DNA of 64,000 bases from a virus. The stretch covers positions 1-64,000 of the IMG/VR virus record IMGVR_UViG_3300020045_011333; one strand, 5' to 3'. Made by a program: the position numbers and the translations under genes. Below, one piece after another: positions 1-10,254 of the stretch (positions within the stretch are counted from its first letter, which is position 1; each line of letters opens with the position of its first letter). The notes under the pieces were generated by a model. That model was not told the DNA's origin and ran no database searches. It saw nothing but the letters and a program-made list of their open reading frames with translations.

Positions 1-2
1 TC

Positions 3-119
3 AGATACTATAAAATCAAGACTAAAACAAAAAATAAGTTTCTACCTACGAGTTGGGACGACGTTCATAAATGTAGGACTAGGAATTGGAAAAGTTATAG
101 AAATACGCAGTGGAAGTAA
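3..119 (+). CDS. 3' end of a hypothetical phage protein (partial, runs off window start)
   Basis: Open frame RYYKIKTKTKNKFLPTSWDDVHKCRTRNWKSYRNTQWK* ending at TAA 117-119. Confidence 0.5.
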   Translation, partial: RYYKIKTKTKNKFLPTSWDDVHKCRTRNWKSYRNTQWK

Positions 120-131
120 TTTCACTGTTTA

Positions 132-356
132 CCGATGGTAGCTCAGTTGGTAGAGCACTGGATGCCCTGATTGTACGAAGAAAGGACTGATCCTCTTAGT
201 ATTCTGCATTGAACTTGAGATGATTTTAGATGGAAAGGAATAAAGTAGTGAGTGTAGCTAGCGAACCAAATATTCCGAGTAAGATTAAAAATGATTCGAT
301 AGGGATGAAGGGAGAAGCAACAGGTGTCGGGGGTTCGAACCCTTCCCATCGGACCA
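132..356 (+). ncRNA. tRNA-like RNA with the anticodon arm replaced by a ~166-nt domain
   Basis: Acceptor CCGATGG(132-138)/CCATCGG(346-352)+A+CCA; D-arm GCTC-AGTTGGTA-GAGC; variable loop GTGTC; T-arm GGGGG-TTCGAAC-CCTTC. Positions 158-323 occupy the anticodon arm position. Confidence 0.8.
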
Positions 357-370
357 ATTTACCTGCAACC

Positions 371-832
371 ATGACTCCGGCGTGGCTTGCCAAAGATATG
401 ATTTCATTGGCTGACATAGGGTTCAGTCATTCAATCTTAGAACCTAGTGCCGGAACCGGATCAATACTAGATCAATTATTTTTTTATCCAAAAATTACAG
501 CTATTGAATTAAATAAATCTTTGTATTTCTCTCTAAAAGAGAAATATGTTAACATTAATGTCCTTAATGGAGATTTTATTACATACCATTATCTCCCTTA
601 TTTTGGTAGGATACTGATGAATCCGCCTCATCGTAACTGTGTCGATCATGTCAAAAAGGCTTACGAATTACTAGACATTAATGGCAGAATTGTAGCTCTC
701 ATTCATGCTACATATCTTCCTGAAATTGAAAAAATTATTCCTTCACATGTAAGAAAATACGGCTTGCCAAGGGAGACGTTTTGCTATAATGATAGCTATA
801 TCGAAGCAGCAATCATTGTGATTGATAAATAA
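371..832 (+). CDS. small SAM-dependent (amino-type) methyltransferase
   Basis: Motif I ILEPSAGTG and motif IV-like ILMNPPH. Start placed at ATG 371 because the longer ORF start (230) lies inside the tRNA-like RNA. Confidence 0.75.
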   Translation: MTPAWLAKDMISLADIGFSHSILEPSAGTGSILDQLFFYPKITAIELNKSLYFSLKEKYVNINVLNGDFITYHYLPYFGRILMNPPHRNCVDHVKKAYELLDINGRIVALIHATYLPEIEKIIPSHVRKYGLPRETFCYNDSYIEAAIIVIDK

Positions 833-844
833 GGAGATTTAATA

Positions 845-1558
845 ATGTCCGTTAAAGATAAGTCTGAAAAGATAAAGAAGAAGATTGCTGCACTTCTTGC
901 CATGACTAAAGAAAATGGAGCTTCGGAACAAGAAGCTTTTACAGCTATGTCAATGGCAGCAAAACTTATGATGGAACACGGCATTAGCGAGGAAGATATT
1001 CGGTCCTCTACTCCTAATGATTTTGTCAAAGAATCAATTGACAAGCATCGTAAGAAGCTTCATGAAGTTGATTATTATCTTGTGGTTGGAATTGCTGATT
1101 ACTGTGGTACAAAGGTTTATGTGGATCGCCAAGAAGGTGGTATCGTATTTTTTGGTTACGGCGTAGACGTAGAACTTGCTAAGTACATTAGGCAAATTTG
1201 TCGATTTGCTTTGGAATATGAATGGAGCATGTATTTTGCTCTTTATAATGGTTCAACCCATGGAAGAACACTTCGTAAAAGTTTTATGGTTGGTATGACA
1301 AGACGCCTTAACGCAAGACTTAAGGCCTTGAAGGCAGATAACACTGTTTATTCCGGTTCTACCGCACTTATTTCGTTGAAGAATCAAGTTGTGGATCAAG
1401 CCTTCAGAGATCAACTTAAGCTAAAACTTAAGAAGACTTCTCATGCTAATACTGTAAAGTACAATGAAGCATTTACTGCGGGTATTGCGGCTGGAGATAA
1501 AGTTAACTTTAGCAAGCCGGTGCAGCAAGGTGAATCTATGATGAAGTTGTTGGCATGA
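845..1558 (+). CDS. DUF2786 domain protein
   Basis: N-terminal KIKKKIAALLAMTKENGASEQEAFTAMSMAAKLMMEHGI pattern; RBS AGGAG. Confidence 0.75.
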   Translation: MSVKDKSEKIKKKIAALLAMTKENGASEQEAFTAMSMAAKLMMEHGISEEDIRSSTPNDFVKESIDKHRKKLHEVDYYLVVGIADYCGTKVYVDRQEGGIVFFGYGVDVELAKYIRQICRFALEYEWSMYFALYNGSTHGRTLRKSFMVGMTRRLNARLKALKADNTVYSGSTALISLKNQVVDQAFRDQLKLKLKKTSHANTVKYNEAFTAGIAAGDKVNFSKPVQQGESMMKLLA

Positions 1559-2022
1559 AAATCATTTGGAATCAGAGTGGAGGACTTCCTGAATGTCCTT
1601 ACTTCAAACGTTGGGCCATTATCTTTAACAAGTGGAGCGTAAGACTTCATCGTTGGTATGGCGACGATGACAGCCGCGCACCTCATAATCATCCGTATTG
1701 GTTCATAACGTTCGTAATTCGTGGAGGATACGATGATGTAAGTTATGAAGTAGATGAGAATAAAATCTGCACCGTCAAAGATATGGATAAACTCAGAGCT
1801 TTTAGCTGGCGATACCGCCCTGCTGATCATTTACATCAAGTTCTTAATGTTCGACCTAATACGTGGACCATACTCATTACTGGCCCTGCCGTGGCTCGTT
1901 GGGGCTTCTGGCTCAAAGGAAAATTAATCAAGCGTGATAAATATTTCGCGGTTCACGGTCATCACCCTTGCGATGGAAGCGAAATAGGTGTAAGACTTAA
2001 GCCAGATGGGAGTCGAATATAA
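1555..2022 (+). CDS. cupin-fold protein
   Basis: PHNHPYWFITFVIRGGYDD and HLHQV...TWTILITGP cupin-type motifs. Confidence 0.6.
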   Translation: MKIIWNQSGGLPECPYFKRWAIIFNKWSVRLHRWYGDDDSRAPHNHPYWFITFVIRGGYDDVSYEVDENKICTVKDMDKLRAFSWRYRPADHLHQVLNVRPNTWTILITGPAVARWGFWLKGKLIKRDKYFAVHGHHPCDGSEIGVRLKPDGSRI

Positions 2023-2197
2023 TGACAAATAAACGTGGCACAATTGAGACTCATGCCAGACTTATTGAAGCTATCGCTGCTACAATGACAGATAATGATT
2101 GGGCCGACAATATTATTTATGAATGTAACATAATTAAAAATGCTGCTGATAAAATTATTGAAACAGTATCACAACGATTAGCAGGAGAACGCTAAAT

Positions 2198-5100
2198 ATG
2201 GCTATGCCCATGAATGTTAAAGACTTAGCTGAAGATGGTAAAGCCTTATCTGGTGAGCGTTACTTAGGCATGGAGGTCTATGCCTATGATGAGCCTAATG
2301 AATATAATGGAAATTTTTCTAAGCATTGGTCCACTCCTTCTAAACATAATAAGGTAGTCAGGCTTTTTGATGAAAATCAAATCATAGCCTTATTTGAAAA
2401 ATTAAAAAACATCCCTAGATATGATATGGACCATCATGGACTTCATGGTGAAGATGCTTATATGGCTAAAGATCATATGGGTGATTTTATGCATTATGAA
2501 GATTTGATTAAAGTTTTAGAAGGTAAGTAATATGTTTAGTTACAACGATAAATTTCATACCAACTTCCGTTCTAGTAGTGATGCTGCTTTTATGGGTGTT
2601 AGAATCTATGGTAGAAATAATAAAACTTGGTACGTCAAATATATTATTAAACCTCTGTGGCGAGTCGGTAACATCTTTAGTAAAATTAAGTGGTACATCA
2701 ACTATCGTTTTGTTAAAGAACATCGTTATCATCTTATCGATACCGGGCTAGAGCCGGGATATTGTGATATTGATCATATCATGCTTCATGGGATGTTTTC
2801 ACTTCTAGATCGATATGTAGATCAGGAGCATAATGGCGCGGAAGAGTTAGAGATTTGGGGCAAAGACCTAACTTCAAGAAGTGATGGGATGTCGGCGCAT
2901 TGGGATCATGTTCAAGGTGAACGAGAGCTTGAAGCTGTGTTTCTTTATCGTTGGTGGCACGTGACACGGCCTGCCGATCTTAAAAAAGAAGAAGAACTTT
3001 TACATAATGTTTATGGTAATAGGCCTTTTACATTTGAACCAGTTGGTGATGGTTCGGGTAATTCTATAATGGTGTCCAGACCCTTTACTCCTGAAGAAGA
3101 AGCTGCTAAGATAGAACATGCACTGCTAGAAAAAAAGATTGAAGATGAAACTGAAGAAATGCTTCATCGATTAATTAACATTAGAAAGGGTTTGTGGACC
3201 TAATGCCAATAGAATACAATCTAGATTACCATTTTTTAGTGTGGGCCATACTTGTTATCGTAGGAGTTACGGTAACTTCCCATTCTTTTATTTACATCTT
3301 AACAGCTATTAAAGATTATATTCAGTGTGGCTTTATATTAGATGCAAAATGTTTAACAATAATGATTTTTGCTTTTATATGGTCTATTTTTAATATATTG
3401 TTTATGTTAGGGATTTGGTAAATGATTGATATAGGTTCTCATGTAGTATGCATCAGAGATGAGTGGCCCGCTGTCACAAACGCTGAAAATTATTGGAAGA
3501 AACATTTTCACAGGCCTATTAAGGGTACGGTTTACACCGTAAGAACTATCAATAAAACGAATGGCAAGGTTTGGATTAGACTTGAAGAACTTGTTAATCC
3601 AGTCGTAGCTAAAAATAAAAAAGAACCATATTACAACATAACTAGTTTTAAGCCTTTAAAGAAAATTAAAGTGGAAGATTTCATTATGATAGAGGAGTGG
3701 GCTAAGTGATTACATATATTTTATCTTTCACATTTTTTATTGGTTTACCAATTTGTTTAATATTATATAAGTGCTATTACTCTTATTTTGTTAAATCAGA
3801 AAAATCTATTGAAGAAGCCCCTAAAACAATTCTTCCACTTGCTTTTCATCCTGAATTTGAAAAAATTAAGCCTAGGTATGAAATCAGACCTAAGGGTGAA
3901 AAAGATTTTACTGTCTATATAAAAAGACAAGAAAAAGATTGGGAACGTTTGACTTATTTAAACTATGGGTCAGGCGACAAAGAAACATGTAGAGAAGTGA
4001 TTAGATATAATTTATTAATACAATTTAATAATTGGAATGAAAAATTTATGACTGAGCAACGAATTGCAAAAGGCGAAACAGAGGAGTATCCATAATGACT
4101 ACAGCTATTTTATTTTTAGGTTCATTATTGGCACTAGGTGGTGCTGTTTATAATGGTAATGAAGCTTATATTCATACCGCAATTTTAACCTCATTTATTA
4201 GTTTATCTGCTCATGCCATAATAGTCAAGTTGGACAGTCTCATGATTACATATATCAAAGCAAAAACTTCAGGAGTTTTATAAAATGGTTAAAACATATG
4301 TAGCAGTTCTAGGACTTATTCTAGGAATTATAATTGGTTCTGGCATCACTGTGATAGCAGCTAATTATTATCTCCCCGTTTACTGTATCAATTATGGAGT
4401 TCAAAAACTTGACACGGCTAAGGATATGTGGGACAAGTTTAAGAAGTAATCAAGATTTAGGGAAAATATAGTGAAAAATTATGATATTATGAAACATAAT
4501 GCTCTACGTCGCGGTAAAAAATTTTCATTAAAATATAAAAATATTCTTCTCTTAAAAGCTGCTACACACTGTGCTTATACTGGAAAAAAGTTTACTCCTC
4601 ACGGTGAATATATTAGCACAATGGAAAGAATTAATAACACAATTGGATATGTTCCCGGTAATGTAATTCCTGTCACCCTTTATGCGAATAACATAAAGGG
4701 TGATATGACTCTTATCCAAATGATCGAAATGAAAGATGTGTTGCTTAGGAAAATTAATACTATTAAGAGTGATTTGAGGCAGACTACAGGTAAATCATTT
4801 AATTCCTTGGCACAGAATAAATTTAGACGTGCCGCAATCATTAGGCACGAAAAAAGAATTGAAACTTTGACTCTCATAATTGAAAAGTTCGCCAATAATC
4901 AATTGACGACTGAGGCAGAACGTTATATGACTAATTGGCAGAAGTTTTGGAAAAAGTTTAAAAGGAGTTTTCATTTTGCGTAGACAAGCATTTGACGAAC
5001 GCGGACGTAAAATTGATTATGCCATCTATCCTACAGATTATGTCGTAGAATACCCTGATGAAGCTGATGTTCCAGAAATAGCATTTTGGAACTATGATCA

Positions 5101-5359
5101 GTATCCTTATACTCTGTATGGAACAGTGGTAAAGAAATTTGAAGATGACATTATTCAAGTCAAAGAATTTGGTGGATGTTCTTTTAAAACTAAATTTGTT
5201 TGCCACGAACCTGAGGCTAAAGTAATTATATCCGAGTTGAATCATTTAGAAAAAGAATACAAGAAAGCTTTGGGTCATATTCATAAAGAATACAGAATTA
5301 AATTAGCTGAATTGTCTGAACGACATGCATTACCTATGCCTAATCACATTTTTAAGTGA
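2198..5359 (+). other. run of tightly packed small hypothetical phage ORFs (e.g. 2198-2530, 2532-3203, 3422-3709, 3706-4095, 4976-5359)
   Basis: Abutting or overlapping starts and stops with SD sequences; no family recognised. Confidence 0.7.
4471..4983 (+). CDS. His-Me-finger/HNH-like protein
   Basis: CAYTGKKF...STMERINNTIGYVPGNVIPVTLYANNIKG resembles the S-x-(D/E)-RI-x-N-x-x-GY-x-x-GNV...N-x-x-K family. Confidence 0.45.
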   Translation: MKNYDIMKHNALRRGKKFSLKYKNILLLKAATHCAYTGKKFTPHGEYISTMERINNTIGYVPGNVIPVTLYANNIKGDMTLIQMIEMKDVLLRKINTIKSDLRQTTGKSFNSLAQNKFRRAAIIRHEKRIETLTLIIEKFANNQLTTEAERYMTNWQKFWKKFKRSFHFA

Positions 5360-5919
5360 TAATTATCATGAAAATTATTTTAACACTAATTTCGAGTATT
5401 TATCTAACACTAATTTCATGTCCCTCTGTAGCCGCTAATAGAAACATGATTGAAGGAGGAGTGACAACTCCTCAATTTGCTGGCTTGCTGTTTTGTAAGA
5501 AAAATCCGGTACAGTGCGACGTATCTAGCTCTATTGATGATACCGTTGTCATGAATGATAAAATTATGAACAGAATTATTTCTGTTAACTCTCGCATCAA
5601 TAGCAGTATAACTCCTGTCTCTGATTTTGGGGATAAAGACTTATGGAGCGTTAATGTCTCTCAAGGAGATTGTGAAGATTTCGCCTTAACCAAACGCTCA
5701 AATCTTATTCAAATGGGCTTTCCTGCCCGAGCTATTCGAGTCGCAGTAACAAAAACAATTGTCGGTGAAGGCCATGCCGTTCTTGTTATATCAACAACCA
5801 TCGGAGATATAGTTCTAGATAATAGAGACAATATAATTAGATTTTGGTTCGAAACTGATTTGACATGGATTAAAATTTGGTCTAAGAATGATCCTAAGAA
5901 ATGGGTAACTTTAAATTAA
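5356..5919 (+). CDS. transglutaminase-like cysteine peptidase (BTLCP/LapG family), secreted
   Basis: Signal-peptide-like N-terminus; catalytic motifs GDCEDFA, GHAVL, VLDN. Confidence 0.85.
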   Translation: MIIIMKIILTLISSIYLTLISCPSVAANRNMIEGGVTTPQFAGLLFCKKNPVQCDVSSSIDDTVVMNDKIMNRIISVNSRINSSITPVSDFGDKDLWSVNVSQGDCEDFALTKRSNLIQMGFPARAIRVAVTKTIVGEGHAVLVISTTIGDIVLDNRDNIIRFWFETDLTWIKIWSKNDPKKWVTLN

Positions 5920-6068
5920 AGGAATATTTATGTTTAATAAAGAAAATCTCTCACAAGAGCCTCTAGTGACTGAAGAAGTTGAAGTTCAGGAAGAACTAAG
6001 TGATCGTCACGCCATGGCCCGCCGCATGTCAAACCTATATCGGGACATACCTGATTGGGAGGATGAAG

Positions 6069-6389
6069 ATGTTTAAAACAATTCTATTAACCATTTTACT
6101 TACAGCAACAACCGCTCTGGCTCACAAAGCTCCTTCTGGTTGGGAGTATGATTGGTACTGTTGTTCCGGTTCGGATTGTCAAGAGATTTCAGAAAAGCAT
6201 GTCAAAGCGGTTAAGGGCGGATATAAAGTAACAATGGATGTTGGTGATCACGTCATGGTCACTAAACATCATGAATATTTTATTGAGCAATCCAAGGTTC
6301 GTCTGAGTAAGGATGATAAGTTTCATCTCTGCCTTTGGCCCGATGAAGACACTTTGAGATGCTTATACGCTCCTCCGATGGGATTTTAA
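6069..6389 (+). CDS. secreted Cys-rich hypothetical protein
   Basis: Signal peptide MFKTILLTILLTATTALA followed by HKAPSGWEYDWYCCSGSDC and C-terminal CLW...CLY. Confidence 0.6.
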   Translation: MFKTILLTILLTATTALAHKAPSGWEYDWYCCSGSDCQEISEKHVKAVKGGYKVTMDVGDHVMVTKHHEYFIEQSKVRLSKDDKFHLCLWPDEDTLRCLYAPPMGF

Positions 6390-7117
6390 ATGCTGGATGA
6401 TTTAATTAGAAGATTAGAGTATTCTGATCACATGACTAATTATGATGCTCTGGATAAAGAAATTTATGGGCATTTTGATTCTCAAAGAATGTTGGCTAGT
6501 TACACTACAAGTACAGATGCCGCTCTTGATTTTATGAATAACGAAGTTTCTCGTATCAGGATTCTAAATCTTGTAGATGACGGTCAGGCTTGCGGCGCAG
6601 AACTTTGGGTTTACCCAAATGGGCTAAGTAATGGAAATGAATTTCTTGTCAAAGGGATTCAACAGTGTTTTGCTGTTGCTATTTGTATTGTCACGCTTAA
6701 AGCGGTTAGAATTCTGAGGGAAAGAAATAATGAGAAATAAGCCTCTTCATTCTAATAACGTAATTATCAATAATCCTTTGTCTAGTTATCACGGACAAAC
6801 AGGAATAATTGTTGGGGAGAGTCAAAGTATTTATTCCTATGATTATAAAGTAAAATTAGAATCATGGCACCTCCCTCTTAAATTTCACGAAAAAGAATTA
6901 TTGTTTCATGTAAGAGACGTAATGGATATAATATCATGATTTATCTCGTAACATGGCTTCAAGGCGGTAAAACAGATATCACAGAAGAGCTTGAATCGGA
7001 AGAGAAGGCTCTATTCGTCGTGAATGAGCTTATGAGTTCTAAGCTAGTTGACATAGCTTCGATTGAGATATATCGTGCCGAGAAGTTGAAATTGAAGATT
7101 AGTTTGGAACCTTAATA

Positions 7118-7519
7118 ATGACAAAATTTAAAATTGGTGATAGAGTTAAAGATATTTCAAATAGCTCACTTTCTACCGGCAGCATCAATGCTATGAGAGA
7201 AAATGAGGTTCAAATATTTTGGGATGATGAAAAAGATTTAAAGCTTGATCCTAATGAAAATAGTTTCTGGTCCGAAGATGATTTTGAATTAATTGAAGAA
7301 GCAATAGTTGATGTTGCTAGACCAAATAGTTTATTTGAAACTGTGACTGTCCCCGTTAGGGGTTGGCATGGTCAGCTTTTCGTTGATGGCCTAACTTATA
7401 GTGGTTCGGCGGTAAAAATCTCATTCAAAGAAGAGTGTCACGCCAGCAGTATGACTTCTAAACAATTAAGAGCTATGGCTAATACTTTGAATGAACTAGC
7501 TGATTATATGGATAGTTGA
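7118..7519 (+). CDS. modular hypothetical protein, paralog family A (shared C-terminal module)
   Basis: C-terminus ...RGWHGQL...TSKQLRAMANTLNELADYMDS aligns by eye with 18564-18902 and 30552-30947. Confidence 0.6.
   Translation: MTKFKIGDRVKDISNSSLSTGSINAMRENEVQIFWDDEKDLKLDPNENSFWSEDDFELIEEAIVDVARPNSLFETVTVPVRGWHGQLFVDGLTYSGSAVKISFKEECHASSMTSKQLRAMANTLNELADYMDS
7349..7364 (+). repeat. dispersed hairpin motif GTCCCCGTTAGGGGTT, copy 1
   Basis: Identical 16-mer at 7349, 19554 and 32340. Confidence 0.9.
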
Positions 7520-10159
7520 TGACTCAATATGAAGAAGATGAGAAATTGTGTTACGATGGTGCTATGGCGGTTTGGTATCAGAGTTTGAAGCGAAGTGACT
7601 TAACTGAAGAAGATCGCGTCAAAGGAGCGCTGCTGGCGTATCAAAGGCATTGGTTCGCGATAGTAGAACTACGAAAAAAGAAAATAACGGAATGTCACAA
7701 GCTATGACTGAAATAATTTCCTTAAAAGAATATAGAAATAAAATTAGTAGTGATTATACTAAATTTATCAAAACAGATCAGGACGGTATTACTATGTATA
7801 AATATGTCTTGAGCTATAATCTAGAAGGATCGTGGTGGAGCGGTGTCACGGTTTGGGCCTATTCTTTTGAAGATGCAGAACTAAGAGTTGCCGCTATGAA
7901 AGAGAGCTTGAATCTTGACGGCCAATTGATAGAGGAAATTTAGATATGAGAGATATCTATGAAGTTACTAATCAATTAGGTGGATATGTTGATCCTAGTA
8001 CCCCTGAACACTTAGCTAATTTTCTCTTGAGAGAAGCCTTTGAAGCTGAAAAATTGGCTCATGAAATTATTAGATTAAAGAATTTACTTGAAGCTATTGA
8101 CATTAAAGCTGAAGCAGGTCTTTGTTATTTTACTCTTGACAGTGCTAGAGCCTATCTACAAGACATTAGAGCATTAATTAAAGGAGACGTTTAATATGGG
8201 TTACTATGAAGTTGATACAACTGATAACAAAGAAGCTGAATTAGGTCGGAAGATTTACATGGAAGCTCTTAGTGGTCGTCGCGGATTTCGCGATGATCAA
8301 TTAGGTATTGAAGATGAAGATATTTGGCTGGAAATTTTTGAGGCTATTGGTCAAACGGCTCGTGAAGCTTTGATGAGCGAAGATAGTATTAATTTAGTTG
8401 ATCAAGATGAGCCTTTATCTTCTTACCCATCGCCCGAAACTAATTTGGAGGGTGATTGCCTGCCGAAGGGTCACGTCATCCTTGAACAGGCAGACATGCC
8501 GGACGGGCGCGTTTCTCAAATCGTTCGTGTCGCTGATGGCGCTGAATATGAGCGCATCGTTCACGCTGATGAAGCCTACGGAGTAGAAGAATGACAGCCT
8601 ACGCCATGTATCAGGGATGGGTGCTGAAAGAGATCGATGGCGTTGAAATTGATGGCAAGTCATACACCATCAAGCAGATCAAAGCCGCTTTGGAAGCCGT
8701 AGCCAAGTCACCCGCGCCCCAGACGAAGGCGATGGGTATTAAAAAAGAAAAATCCTCCCCTATTGACTTAGTGTCACGACTATTGATACCTTCTGATAAT
8801 GAGGAAGTTATGTCCGCTTGGGGCACATTAAGGGCTTATCTTCTTAAGGGTGGAAAAGGTTCTTACGCTAGAGATATTTTTGAAAATATTTTAAGTAATA
8901 TTGATGAAGAGCGAGAAGAAGCCGCTAATTATATTAAAGAATTAGAAAATAAAGAACCAATAGCGTGGTACAGGGAAAATTTTGTATTTAATTTTTCTCT
9001 AGGCCCAACGAAGCCAAAAAATGATACCGGCAATCCTTTGGAATGGAAACCACTTTATGATCATTGAAACATTAGGATATATTTTTATTGCAATTCTATC
9101 GTGGTACATCGGCGGAATGATTATTACTATCGTAATAGAAAGATTTACTAGACACATGGAAATGGCTTCATTAGGCGTAATGGTTTCTTTTCTTTTTGTC
9201 TGGACCGGACTTTGGATCGGTGGTACATTGATATTTATAGGAACAAGAATCGGGTAATTCATAGGAGGCTTAAATGTCATTGTGGGTCGTGGAAGAAAAA
9301 TATTTTATTGAGGATTATTATCCCGTTGATGTATTTCAAGGGGTTTTTACGACTATTGAACTCGCTCATCAATACATTGAAAAGCGCCGAGAAGGGCAAT
9401 TCAAAGAACATTGGGTAGATTATTTGCGAGAAAAATTTACAGATGAAGCTATGGAGCTTCATGCAGAAAAACTTGCTGAATTGTCTAAGCATCTTCGTAT
9501 TGAGCGAGAATCTAAGCCTAGATATAAAGGTTTAAATAATGATAAACTTGCCTTAGAATTTCATGCCAAGCTAAAAGAAGAATGGAGCCAGAGATGTGAA
9601 ATAGTTTCTGAAGCTTATCACGATTACATGGATAAATATATTTATGAACCTTCAAATCTTGCTGCGGAAAAATTAAAAGATTCTAATATTCCAATAGAGA
9701 TTAGAGAAAATTTTATTGAGAAAGAGCAAATCTCAGAATTTAAAATTACGGAGACTGAAACAGATATTGGTGTAATTAATGGTTGACACTAATCTTGGTT
9801 TGAAATAGATGTAAGGAAACTAATTGGAAAGGGATTTTGATATGACTAAATTTCTCGCAGAGGGTGATGTTATTCTTCTCACTAAAGATCATGTCGTGAC
9901 AGCTAGTGTTCCTTATCACTTTGCTTATCAAGGTCATAAAGGTAACTTTAAAAACTTCGCTAGGGTGCAAGTTAGACTATCTGATGATAATTTTGATTAC
10001 CTCAGAGGGATTTACATCGTAACGAAAACTGCCACAGATGGTGGCGGAACGGGGCATGGTCCCGGTGATGTTTATCCCGATGGTCATCACGTTCATTGCA
10101 TCAGCGAAGACGGTAAAAAGACTGTTGATTTTTATCAAAGTGGATCATTTATAGATATC

Positions 10160-10254
10160 ATCAAAGATATTGAACCTATTAGGAGGGCAGAATTGACATG
10201 GAAAATCAAAGATATTGAACCTATTGGGAGGGCAGAATTGACATGGAAAATCAA
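10160..10254 (+). repeat. 45-bp tandem duplication spanning an RBS and start codon
   Basis: ATCAAAGATATTGAACCTATT(A/G)GGAGGGCAGAATTGACATGGAAA twice; gives the 15-aa repeat IKDIEPI(R/G)RAELTWK. Confidence 0.95.

Noticed and set aside
158-323. Group I or archaeal-type intron in the first tRNA
   Set aside because: No group I core motifs, and no excision restores a canonical anticodon arm because the 3' strand AACAG does not pair with CTGGA.
230-370. N-terminal extension of the methyltransferase ORF (track start 230)
   Set aside because: It runs through the tRNA-like RNA and has a weak RBS; methyltransferase similarity begins near ATG 371.
747-757. ATGTAAGAAAA copy inside the methyltransferase CDS
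   Set aside because: A single coding occurrence far from the early block is compatible with chance.
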